Shown: positions 20,101-27,153 of the stretch, one piece after another | Numbering within the stretch: the stretch's first letter is position 1 | Layout: each line of letters begins with the position of its first letter | IMG/VR virus record: IMGVR_UViG_3300023435_000009 | Source: a virus | Lineage: Duplodnaviria > Caudoviricetes | Direction: 5' to 3' (one strand) | Length of the DNA: 64,000 bases | Notes under the pieces: model-generated | Told to the model about the DNA's origin: nothing | Databases searched by the model: none | What the model saw: the letters and a program-made list of their open reading frames with translations, nothing else | Program-made: the position numbers and the translations under genes

Positions 20101-20718
20101 TTGGATGACAATGACCTGACCAACCTGTTTACGGGAGGGGATCAGGAACTGGATCGGATGATCCAGGACGCCCTTTCCAAAATGACAGAGCCTTGGCAGC
20201 GGGAGTTGCTCAGGGGTCTGATGCAGGATCTGACCCTGGACTCAATGACGACCCAGCATGCAATCCTGACGAGTCAGGCGGGGGCTGAGGAAGGCCCCGA
20301 AACTCTGAAAAACCAGGGCACCCGGTCCATGCCTAAGACCCCGGAGGAGATGGACTACACGCTGACGGACTATCGGCGTCGGGCAGCAGATGCTGCTTCG
20401 GATGAGATGGAGGCTCTCTTGGCGTGCCTGAGGGGGCATAAGGATTCTGAGACCGCTCGTCAGGCGTGTCAGGAGAAGGCAAATGCGTACCGGATCAAGT
20501 CCCACGCTGGGTTCCTGCAACTCGTAACTGATGAGTTTGGTATCCGAGATGAACTAGATCCTTTCCTGGTTCAGTTACGAACGATGTTGGATCGTCAGGA
20601 TCTCGCAGAACTTGATTTCAAGTTTGTTTCTGAGGGAGCAAAAACGGCGTTTACACGGAAAACAGTCCGTGCAGTTCAATCCTCTGCCTATACGGATGAC
20701 ATAAAGGCGAGGGGCTGA
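17149..20718 (+). CDS. Multidomain protein with N-terminal DNA topoisomerase IB domain
   Basis: Topo IB catalytic pattern ERIGN, GKSG, KDIRGFH, GH..ATLKSQY (Tyr at 17893); then a small Cys cluster, a coiled coil and a helical C-terminus. ATG 17149 overlaps the endonuclease stop. Confidence 0.8.
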   Translation: MKTFFDDERVVRRIATLYVCRVAQDHKYKKRHKSPGGTKIYEYSDRHVNDRNKGKAQKVEKLRHGITKLRGQVHKDLKSKDEKTRATALAVGLMDATYERIGNPTSAKEGHFGVTGWKAQHITFSGGTATIKYVGKSGVKHEKVISTPGSVAALKAAVKGKKPGDTVVDASAEDVNGYLKPFGVTAKDIRGFHANTEMQTRLKAIRSKGGKLPTDKKEREKALKEEFKKALAETAEAVGHEAATLKSQYLVPGLESDFLKDGTVNDKMVKKGSELAHRWLKTAIININNATDGPEGDLMLRGDYGLQSSLTYYEQAIMQDLIIHHHPILNTPEGYTLRGHKVGPSAVCELMGAGYLEDHGGEIYLSPMYEAKQKLYRTASSSRLILLYERHYPPEDRSIEHYAAWRNSLTLPMARTAAYDIIRHCPHCQCVLHDGPRYHEHCDDCGYDVDFPGGRERLKDGEWTPIPEDDPRLVLFKEKKATQLDAFEKMWRTATKTHGEREDEEAERLLRPEPKKKPPRNDLRREQMNTDKDKDTESEGADGDKDLSLNYKRIALRWLAAAGEHKPGEVWQTESGWAGQNPDGVPHTFKDRTKAEAYAKGQSEAPEDEEKAAPEEEQSPETTPQPEEPKKKPKPRKDPEQVRFDRKVQREVKNLRAERKGVKDAKVELRQAKKDLKEARAELKATQKGTPGYVIAKDTVDTAKELVDQAQEQLDTATESFEATKKRVEEIKSERVERYPDSNTELGRIRLLLREFDQTSDDDNDGSMRAETLEDKLSKYDVASQEQAASAFQKESTSLAHQELTPELVQEIVAAEKQLKKKGLSAEVFGELTARVMFGHSILANPTKVSPMRGVEVDGAEQAKIARDSYDHYSKLNPELRANAFRQAAEELKKHPDDSPDSVHLSRVVDGLYLASVAAGDDDSVRETDGKRLIPEPSGIFKALVKMQKGDDSFGSESGDLVDLMSTEFYGPKGRAALRTRISELDDNDLTNLFTGGDQELDRMIQDALSKMTEPWQRELLRGLMQDLTLDSMTTQHAILTSQAGAEEGPETLKNQGTRSMPKTPEEMDYTLTDYRRRAADAASDEMEALLACLRGHKDSETARQACQEKANAYRIKSHAGFLQLVTDEFGIRDELDPFLVQLRTMLDRQDLAELDFKFVSEGAKTAFTRKTVRAVQSSAYTDDIKARG
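20677..20692 (+). promoter_or_regulatory. Candidate phage promoter (AAT-N8-TATA)
   Basis: CAATCCTCTGCCTATA, 15/16 identical to 43729-43744; upstream of the head operon. Confidence 0.5.
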
Positions 20719-20785
20719 GTGCCCAGCGCTTACCTCCTTTGGGAGGAGCTAATCCGGTCGGCAGACCACATGAGGAGGAATTCCG

Positions 20786-21622
20786 ATGACTGAAATGACG
20801 AAGAAGGGCGCTCAGGTAGTGACCAATGATCTGGATCGGGTTGCGACCCTGTTCCAGCAGGATTGGGCCACGCTGGGTATTCCGCAGAAGCTGGCCGTGG
20901 ATTTCGCATACCGTTGTGATCTTCTGAGCGACGCCGTCGAGAAGAGAGCTGGGGTGCCGAAGACCGCAGCGCCGGACTTCAACCCTGAGGAAATCGGGGA
21001 GGAGAAGGCCGGGCCACTCGAAGACGAGCTGGACGAGGCTTTCATGAAGGGCGAGTTCACCCAGCAAGAGAACCGGGAACTGCGTGAGCGGTACCAGGAC
21101 GGCGACCTGGGCATCACCCCCAACCTCGACCCACAGGCCCCCGCCAGCGGCAAGCAGGGTTTCGAGCAGGTCGGCAGGGACAGCCTGAGCAGCAGGCTCG
21201 CAGCGCTGTGTACCCGTGTGCAGGGTCATGCCACCCGGTGTGGATCATCTGATCCGGCCCTTGCCGGACGCATGTTCCGGCTCGCCAGTGCCCTCCTGGA
21301 CGTGCAGCGGGACGTGCTGACGGGGAAGACCTCGGCGGACCACGCTGTTCGGACGCTCCAGGCCAGCAATCTCCTGAACACTGACAGCCCCTCGGACAAG
21401 TTCGCAGCGCTGGTCGCCCATGCAACCAGGGTGGCGAAGAAGTCCGAGGACGAAGACGAGGACGTTCCTGACGAGGGCAAGGAAGCCGGAAAGATCCCAC
21501 CCCAGTTCAAGGAATTCCTCGATAAAAAGAAGGACGAGAAGGGCGACGAGGACAAGGATGACGACAAGGCCGACGACAAGGGCGACAAGAAGGCCCACGG
21601 CTACAACCTGTTCGCCCAGTAA
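20786..21622 (+). CDS. Hypothetical head-associated protein (278 aa)
   Basis: Shine-Dalgarno GAGGAGG; acidic/lysine tail; first gene of the protease-scaffold-MCP operon. Confidence 0.7.
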   Translation: MTEMTKKGAQVVTNDLDRVATLFQQDWATLGIPQKLAVDFAYRCDLLSDAVEKRAGVPKTAAPDFNPEEIGEEKAGPLEDELDEAFMKGEFTQQENRELRERYQDGDLGITPNLDPQAPASGKQGFEQVGRDSLSSRLAALCTRVQGHATRCGSSDPALAGRMFRLASALLDVQRDVLTGKTSADHAVRTLQASNLLNTDSPSDKFAALVAHATRVAKKSEDEDEDVPDEGKEAGKIPPQFKEFLDKKKDEKGDEDKDDDKADDKGDKKAHGYNLFAQ

Positions 21623-21632
21623 GGAGCCCAGC

Positions 21633-22214
21633 ATGACATCCACCAAATCCGCAGCTTACGTGGATTTCCAACAGAGGGCTAAGGAGTTCTCTGTCGGGGA
21701 TGAGGTGTCACCGCTGTTCTCCCTCCAGGTCATCGTAGGACGTGTCGTAGCCGTGTGGCCCGCCATCGGAATGGTGGACGTTGAGTGGCCGCACGGCTCC
21801 GAACGAGTCCCCGTAGAAGACCTCCAGCGGGGGAATGGTTCCGAGTTTACCCCACCCGAGACGGACAGCGCTAATGTCCCTGGTGGTGAGGGTACGGTTT
21901 CAGTCCCCGGTGGTCCCAAGGACGCTGTCACCAGGGTCGCCACTGCTTATCTGAAAAAGTCCCTTTACTGGGCAGCCCGTGATCGTCACTACAAGGCAAC
22001 AGCCGAGGAGATCACCAGCGGGCAGTTCAACTGTCCCAAGTGCAAGGGTGCCTTCCTTCGTCCTGCCACGTACAAGCGGGCGGAGGGTGTGAGTGATCGT
22101 CTGCTGGCCTGTCCGGAGTGCCTGTTCCTCATCAAGAGGAGCGCCCTGATAGGGCATCCTGACTACATTGACGATGGGATTGACGGTGTCCAGGCGGATA
22201 GGAAGGTGGTCTAA
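21633..22214 (+). CDS. Hypothetical head-cluster protein with SH3-like and zinc-ribbon parts (193 aa)
   Basis: AAGGAG SD then ATG 21633; CPKC...CPEC; contains RVATAYL-KKS. Confidence 0.7.
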   Translation: MTSTKSAAYVDFQQRAKEFSVGDEVSPLFSLQVIVGRVVAVWPAIGMVDVEWPHGSERVPVEDLQRGNGSEFTPPETDSANVPGGEGTVSVPGGPKDAVTRVATAYLKKSLYWAARDRHYKATAEEITSGQFNCPKCKGAFLRPATYKRAEGVSDRLLACPECLFLIKRSALIGHPDYIDDGIDGVQADRKVV

Positions 22215-23791
22215 TGGCGTTCTTTCGTTACGCCAATGCCAAGGTCGTTCACCCACAGGTCTCCAAGACCCAGTGGATGAATGTCCGCACGGCTGCGAAG
22301 AAGGTAGCCACCGAGGACGGTGAGATCGCCCCTAGTCTGATTCAGCGGGCGTCCGAGTTCCTGGGTGCGGAGTTCAGCCCTAAGCGGTACCTCCTAACCC
22401 ACGCCACGATCATTGCCTCCGTGGATGTGTCCTCCCCTCCGGGTGTGAAGACAGGGTCCATCATGGAGGACGGTTTCCGGGTGATGCGGAAGTACTCGGA
22501 TTTCCGGGTCACAACCGAGACCGATAAGTACATAAACAACAATTTTGACGCCTGGTCCCGTGGTGTGTTGCTCAAGGCATTCCAGACCTTCATTGGGGGC
22601 CATAATTTCTTGGAGCACGTTCAGATCGAGGACTTATCGAAAGGTCGCATTATTGATGCGGTTGCTCGGGATGTTGGCGACTCGATCTATGTGGACATTC
22701 TGATCGCTACAGACCGGAGGCATAAGGATCTCGTCAAGGCCATCGAGAGTGGCAAGATGGGAACCTTGTCCATGGGCTGTACAGTCGATTTTACGATATG
22801 TACGAAATGTGGGCATGTTGCAGCCGATGAGACCGAAATGTGCCCACATGTAAAATATAAGAAGGGTAACCTCTTCTTTGATGAGCAGGGTCAGAAAAAT
22901 CGGGTAGCAGAATTGTGTGGACATGAGTCACTTGATCCCACCGGAGGGGTGACCTTCATCGAGGCTTCCTGGGTGGAGACTCCGGCTTTCACCGGGGCCG
23001 TGATGCGGAACGTGCTCGAACCCTCCGTTCAAATGTCCCAACAGATTCAGAAAGTCCTGGCATCAACCCCTCCACAGTGGTTGGAGGATGCGACGGCTAA
23101 GGCGGCATCCATGGACGGTGTCATCACCCGCAATTTCCAGAATCCCACCCGGACCCAGTTCCGTACCTCCGACTTCATAGCGGGGGATGTCTTCCTGGCT
23201 GGGTGGTTGGAAGATGATGGGGGATCTGAAGAGCCAGAGGGCGAACCTGCAGAGACGGCCCCCGAGGAAGAGCCGACAGAGACGGCTCCTGAAGAGACGA
23301 CTCCAGCAGAGACCCCCACCAGTCCGCTCAAGGACATGGAGGATGAGGTTTACAAGGACGTACTAGAGAAGCTGAAGCAGCGTCTCAAAGACGACATGCA
23401 ACAGCCTAGTACCGAGGAGCCACATACCCCCTCGGAGTCCACCAACGAGAACTTGAATCATCAAGCCGCCGTCCGAGCCTATCAGGCCGGATTGCAGGTT
23501 GTTTGTAGAACGGCTTCATCTGATGTTGCTCTGGTTGACGGCGTGGCGCAGTTCAATCAGCAACTCGGAGTCGATGTTCCTGTGTTGTTGTATCGGGTGG
23601 CACTCAAGGTGGGGGATCCCGCTGAACATGGCTCGTCCCAAGCATACCGCAAGGCATGCAGGACGGCGATGGAGCGGAAACCTACATCTAGGGAGTCTTT
23701 GGTACTTGCTCGGTTAGGACAGTTGCTCTTCAGGAGAGGGTCTCTTGAGGGCGGATACGATGGCAAACGCCACGGAGGAGATGGATCATGA
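22214..23791 (+). CDS. Prohead (maturation) protease
   Basis: HK97/herpes-type protease pattern: NFLEH, TLSMGC, EASWVETPAF, with a CTKC...CPH insert; directly upstream of scaffold and MCP. Confidence 0.75.
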   Translation: MAFFRYANAKVVHPQVSKTQWMNVRTAAKKVATEDGEIAPSLIQRASEFLGAEFSPKRYLLTHATIIASVDVSSPPGVKTGSIMEDGFRVMRKYSDFRVTTETDKYINNNFDAWSRGVLLKAFQTFIGGHNFLEHVQIEDLSKGRIIDAVARDVGDSIYVDILIATDRRHKDLVKAIESGKMGTLSMGCTVDFTICTKCGHVAADETEMCPHVKYKKGNLFFDEQGQKNRVAELCGHESLDPTGGVTFIEASWVETPAFTGAVMRNVLEPSVQMSQQIQKVLASTPPQWLEDATAKAASMDGVITRNFQNPTRTQFRTSDFIAGDVFLAGWLEDDGGSEEPEGEPAETAPEEEPTETAPEETTPAETPTSPLKDMEDEVYKDVLEKLKQRLKDDMQQPSTEEPHTPSESTNENLNHQAAVRAYQAGLQVVCRTASSDVALVDGVAQFNQQLGVDVPVLLYRVALKVGDPAEHGSSQAYRKACRTAMERKPTSRESLVLARLGQLLFRRGSLEGGYDGKRHGGDGS

Positions 23792-25089
23792 AGAGAGAAC
23801 GTCTGACGAACAGGGCAGCGTCGGCTCCGCCCGCAAACCCAGGGTACGGTACGGAAGATCAGGATCACCCGGCGCACCAGGCCGATCCGGCACACGGTGA
23901 CTACGCCAAGGGCGACCCTGATGCATGGGCCGAGACCCCGAACCCCCCGCCGTATGCCGAGGGAAACCCCCCTGCGGATCCCGGCTATGACGTCGAGGAC
24001 CAGGATCACCCCGCCCACACGAAGAACCCTCGGGTTCCGAAGGAGGCACGGGGACTCCAGGCTGCCATCCTTTCGATGGCCGAGGCGAAGGCTGACAAGT
24101 GCCTCAAGGTAGCCAAGGCGATGCTTCGGGGTCGGAAGGGCATCACCGCCTCAATGGTCGAGGAGCAGGCATTCACGATGATGGACTGGTCGGATGCCCA
24201 CCTTGCTTCCACTCAGGAGCGACTCGGCGGCGGGTTCCTGGCCGAAGAGTTCGAGGACGACCTCGGTCCGGTGGACATGGACATCCTCGGGGATGACGAT
24301 CTGCCCCCCCCGGACGAGACCGAGTACCTGGAAGACGATGAGTTGGACGCCCTCCTGGCGGATGACGACGAGTTGGACGATGACATGGGCGACCCCATGG
24401 CTATGCTCACTGCCAAGGTCGAGACCCTCACCTCCGAGTTGACCGCCATGAAGGCTGCGGCCAAGAAGGGTGAGGACGACGAGGAAGTCGTAGAGGGCAA
24501 GAAGAAGGCCAAGAAGGGCGAGGACGAGGATGCCCCGGAGGAGAAGGACCCCAAGGAGGTAGATGCCAGCATGTTCGCCTCCGCCGACGAGATGGGCAAC
24601 CCCATCCAGATGACCGCTGAGGATTCGATCCTCAACGAGATCTTCGGTTCCAAGAAGTCTGAGGACGAAGACGAGGAAGCGGACGAGGACGACGATAAGG
24701 AAGCCAAGAAGAAGAAGGCCAAGAAGTCTGAGGACGAAGACGACGTCGAAGAGGACGAGGACAAGGAAGCCAAAAAGAAGAAGGCCAAGAAGTCCGAGGA
24801 CGAAGACGACGTTGAGGAGGACGTTGAAGAGGACGACGACAAGGAAGCCAAGAAGAAGAAGGCCAAGAAGTCCGAGGACGAAGACGACGTCGAGGAGGAC
24901 GTTGAAGAGGATGAGGACAAGGAAGCCAAGAAGAAGAAGGCTTCCAAGCAGCGTCCCCAGCCCCGTAAGCCCTCCAAGGGTGTCAGCCGGGTCGGTTCCG
25001 TGACCCGCACGAGCGGCGGCGAGATCAATGACCTCTCCAAGCTCTGGGAGACCTCCCCCGACGTGTCCGACGTCTTCAACGGCAAGTAG
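23788..25089 (+). CDS. Capsid scaffold protein
   Basis: Highly acidic/Lys-rich low-complexity protein between protease and capsid genes. Confidence 0.7.
   Translation: MKRERLTNRAASAPPANPGYGTEDQDHPAHQADPAHGDYAKGDPDAWAETPNPPPYAEGNPPADPGYDVEDQDHPAHTKNPRVPKEARGLQAAILSMAEAKADKCLKVAKAMLRGRKGITASMVEEQAFTMMDWSDAHLASTQERLGGGFLAEEFEDDLGPVDMDILGDDDLPPPDETEYLEDDELDALLADDDELDDDMGDPMAMLTAKVETLTSELTAMKAAAKKGEDDEEVVEGKKKAKKGEDEDAPEEKDPKEVDASMFASADEMGNPIQMTAEDSILNEIFGSKKSEDEDEEADEDDDKEAKKKKAKKSEDEDDVEEDEDKEAKKKKAKKSEDEDDVEEDVEEDDDKEAKKKKAKKSEDEDDVEEDVEEDEDKEAKKKKASKQRPQPRKPSKGVSRVGSVTRTSGGEINDLSKLWETSPDVSDVFNGK
24652..24942 (+). repeat. Four in-frame tandem repeats (66-78 nt) encoding KKSEDED...DKEAKKKKA
   Basis: Directly visible in DNA and protein. 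Confidence 0.9.
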
Positions 25090-25096
25090 CATTCAC

Positions 25097-25141
25097 AACT
25101 GCAGCCTGGTCTTAGCCATGTTTCAAGACCAGGCTGCAGTT
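25097..25141 (+). terminator. Perfect 17-bp stem-loop after the scaffold gene
   Basis: AACTGCAGCCTGGTCTT / AAGACCAGGCTGCAGTT with an 11-nt loop; short T run only. Confidence 0.65.
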
Positions 25142-25240
25142 TGGATCTGATACTCTTCGTATTTCCTTGTTTTACATCCCTTGTCTTTTCGTTTCCCCCT
25201 CTTTTGTGTGTAACAAGTAACTTTTCTGCCCGTTTGGGGC

Positions 25241-25255
25241 GGTAGAACCCTTATA
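25241..25255 (+). promoter_or_regulatory. Candidate phage promoter (GGT-N8-TATA) for the decoration/MCP operon
   Basis: GGTAGAACCCTTATA; same spacing as other copies. Confidence 0.45.
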
Positions 25256-25374
25256 TTTGCACCATAAGCATGAAAGGGCAGAAGCCCACTGTCGGTTGTC
25301 ATAGGGGCACCCGGCGGATAGGAACTCGGCGGAGAAATCCACCGGACCTGTAAACAGAGTGCAAGGAGGGTAAA

Positions 25375-26109
25375 ATGCCACTGCACGGACAGGCCAGCGG
25401 CGGGTGGACCGAATCGTCAAGCGCACTGCGGATTTTGAATCTCGGGATTCGGAACTCCATTGGTGTGCTCGCTGACGATGCGTTCACGCAAGCCAACCCG
25501 GTTGCGGTTGCAACAGGGATCTCGACTCGTCTCGACGTCACCCAGGTGGGCGTCCTGAGCGGGTCTGTGTGTTTCGGACGCCCCGCAGCGGGCAACAACT
25601 TCGTAGGTGGTCCCGGTACCAATGCGATCCAGACCCTGATCCAGGCCAGCCCGATTCGGGCACTGACCTACAGGCCTCTCGGCGTGTTCATCAACAGCGC
25701 TTCGGGCAATGCCTACGAGAACACCCCGGCGGTGGCCTCCGGCATCGGTCCCTACGTCAGCGCTATGGGCACCTACGCCTCGGCGCTCTACGAGACCGAC
25801 GTCATCGACACGGTGGCGGATGCGGGTGGTGGTGCAGGTTCCTGGGCCATCGGTGACAACCTCGTTTACACCACGGGCAACGAGCTGATCACCTCACGGA
25901 ACGGTTTCCTGATGCCCAAGTGGCAGGCGTGTTCCGGTGGTGCAGCGCTCATGGCAGTGGCCGGACTCGACCAGCCGGAACTGGCCGCACAGTCCTTCGT
26001 AGGAATCGGCGGCGCAGCCGGTGTGCGTGGTTCCTCCACCATCATCGGTGTGGTCAAGATGGCTCCCGATGCTTTCCAGACGGAAGTCGTCTGGGACCAG
26101 CGGGTTTAA
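25375..26109 (+). CDS. Putative capsid decoration/cement protein (244 aa)
   Basis: Strong SD AAGGAGG; Gly/Ala-rich beta-type protein immediately upstream of MCP. Confidence 0.55.
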   Translation: MPLHGQASGGWTESSSALRILNLGIRNSIGVLADDAFTQANPVAVATGISTRLDVTQVGVLSGSVCFGRPAAGNNFVGGPGTNAIQTLIQASPIRALTYRPLGVFINSASGNAYENTPAVASGIGPYVSAMGTYASALYETDVIDTVADAGGGAGSWAIGDNLVYTTGNELITSRNGFLMPKWQACSGGAALMAVAGLDQPELAAQSFVGIGGAAGVRGSSTIIGVVKMAPDAFQTEVVWDQRV

Positions 26110-26121
26110 GGGAGGTACATC

Positions 26122-27000
26122 ATGAGTGAGATGACCAATGCAGTGAAACAGCAGGTAATCGGTGAGTACATCAAGACCCCCGGTGGTCGTGCCAAGCTCG
26201 CCGCCTCCATGACCCAGCCCCTGCGCCTCCGCAGGGACTATGCCGCTGTCGGACGCAAGACCTTCCTGGTCGAGCAGCTTCCCGATGGCGCTCTTCCGAT
26301 TTACGATAAAGACCCCGATGTTACGGCATATGTGGTAGGTGAGGAAGGTCAGAACATCCTCGCCATCACCAAGCCTCGTCGGGTGATCTTCCCGCTGTTC
26401 GAGATCGCCTCGAACCCCGAGATCCCCTTGACCCAGATCAAGGAACGGCGCTTCGATCTGATCGAGCGTTCCCTCGACCTGGCCAAGGCTCAGATCCAGG
26501 CGGCAGAGGACGAGCGGGTCTTCGCAGTCCTCGACTCCATCGCCACGGCGGGCTTCGACTCCCTGGCTGGCCAGATCAACCCCGACATTCCGGTGGTTGC
26601 ACCCGTGTCCGGTGCGGTTCTGTCCGACGCCTTCGGGCTGATCGAGCGCCACGACCTCCGGGTCGCCCGTGTATACATGAACGCCCGTGACTACGCAGAC
26701 CTCCGCAAGTTCGGGCGGGACATCCTCGACATCGAGAGCCAGGCCACCCTGCTGAAGACCGGCCTGATGGCGACCCTTTGGGGCGCTCAGATCATCGTCA
26801 GCCGTCTGGTGCCGGTCGGCACCGTGTACGTTTGCTGCGAAGGGGAACACTTCGGGAGGATTCCGGTTCGTACGGAACTCACCGTCCTCAGCGCCGACGA
26901 CCCGAAGGCACGCACCATCGGTTTCTCGGTCTTCGAGAATTTGGGCATCGGGGCGTTCAACCCTCGTGGCCTCACCCGCCTCACTATCACCCGCGCATAG
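26122..27000 (+). CDS. Major capsid protein (HK97 fold, 292 aa)
   Basis: SD GGAGGT, strong codon bias, position after scaffold, followed by a terminator; sequence pattern typical of HK97-fold capsids (PLFEIAS...AEDERVF). Confidence 0.8.
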   Translation: MSEMTNAVKQQVIGEYIKTPGGRAKLAASMTQPLRLRRDYAAVGRKTFLVEQLPDGALPIYDKDPDVTAYVVGEEGQNILAITKPRRVIFPLFEIASNPEIPLTQIKERRFDLIERSLDLAKAQIQAAEDERVFAVLDSIATAGFDSLAGQINPDIPVVAPVSGAVLSDAFGLIERHDLRVARVYMNARDYADLRKFGRDILDIESQATLLKTGLMATLWGAQIIVSRLVPVGTVYVCCEGEHFGRIPVRTELTVLSADDPKARTIGFSVFENLGIGAFNPRGLTRLTITRA

Positions 27001-27006
27001 TCCCAT

Positions 27007-27047
27007 AATTTCGGGGGGTTTGGGCGATGCCTGAACCCCCCGAAGTT
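27007..27047 (+). terminator. Stem-loop terminator after MCP
   Basis: TTCGGGGGGTT / AACCCCCCGAA inverted repeat followed by a T-rich tract. Confidence 0.65.
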
Positions 27048-27153
27048 GTTCTCCCATCCAGATTTCCGTTGCTAAGATAGCCCCAGGACGGTGCGTTCAA
27101 TGGGATCTGCCTGTCCCTGATGCTCCTAGAAACCTGTAGAAACCCTTTTAGGT

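Noticed and set aside
24652-24942. Repeats as a CRISPR array
   Set aside because: In-frame coding repeats without unique spacers of constant length; no cas genes in the window.
24151-25092. Long minus-strand ORFs (313 and 290 aa) opposite the scaffold
   Set aside because: Shadow ORFs of a low-complexity GAG/GAC/AAG repeat; they translate to poly-Ser/Leu with no SD.
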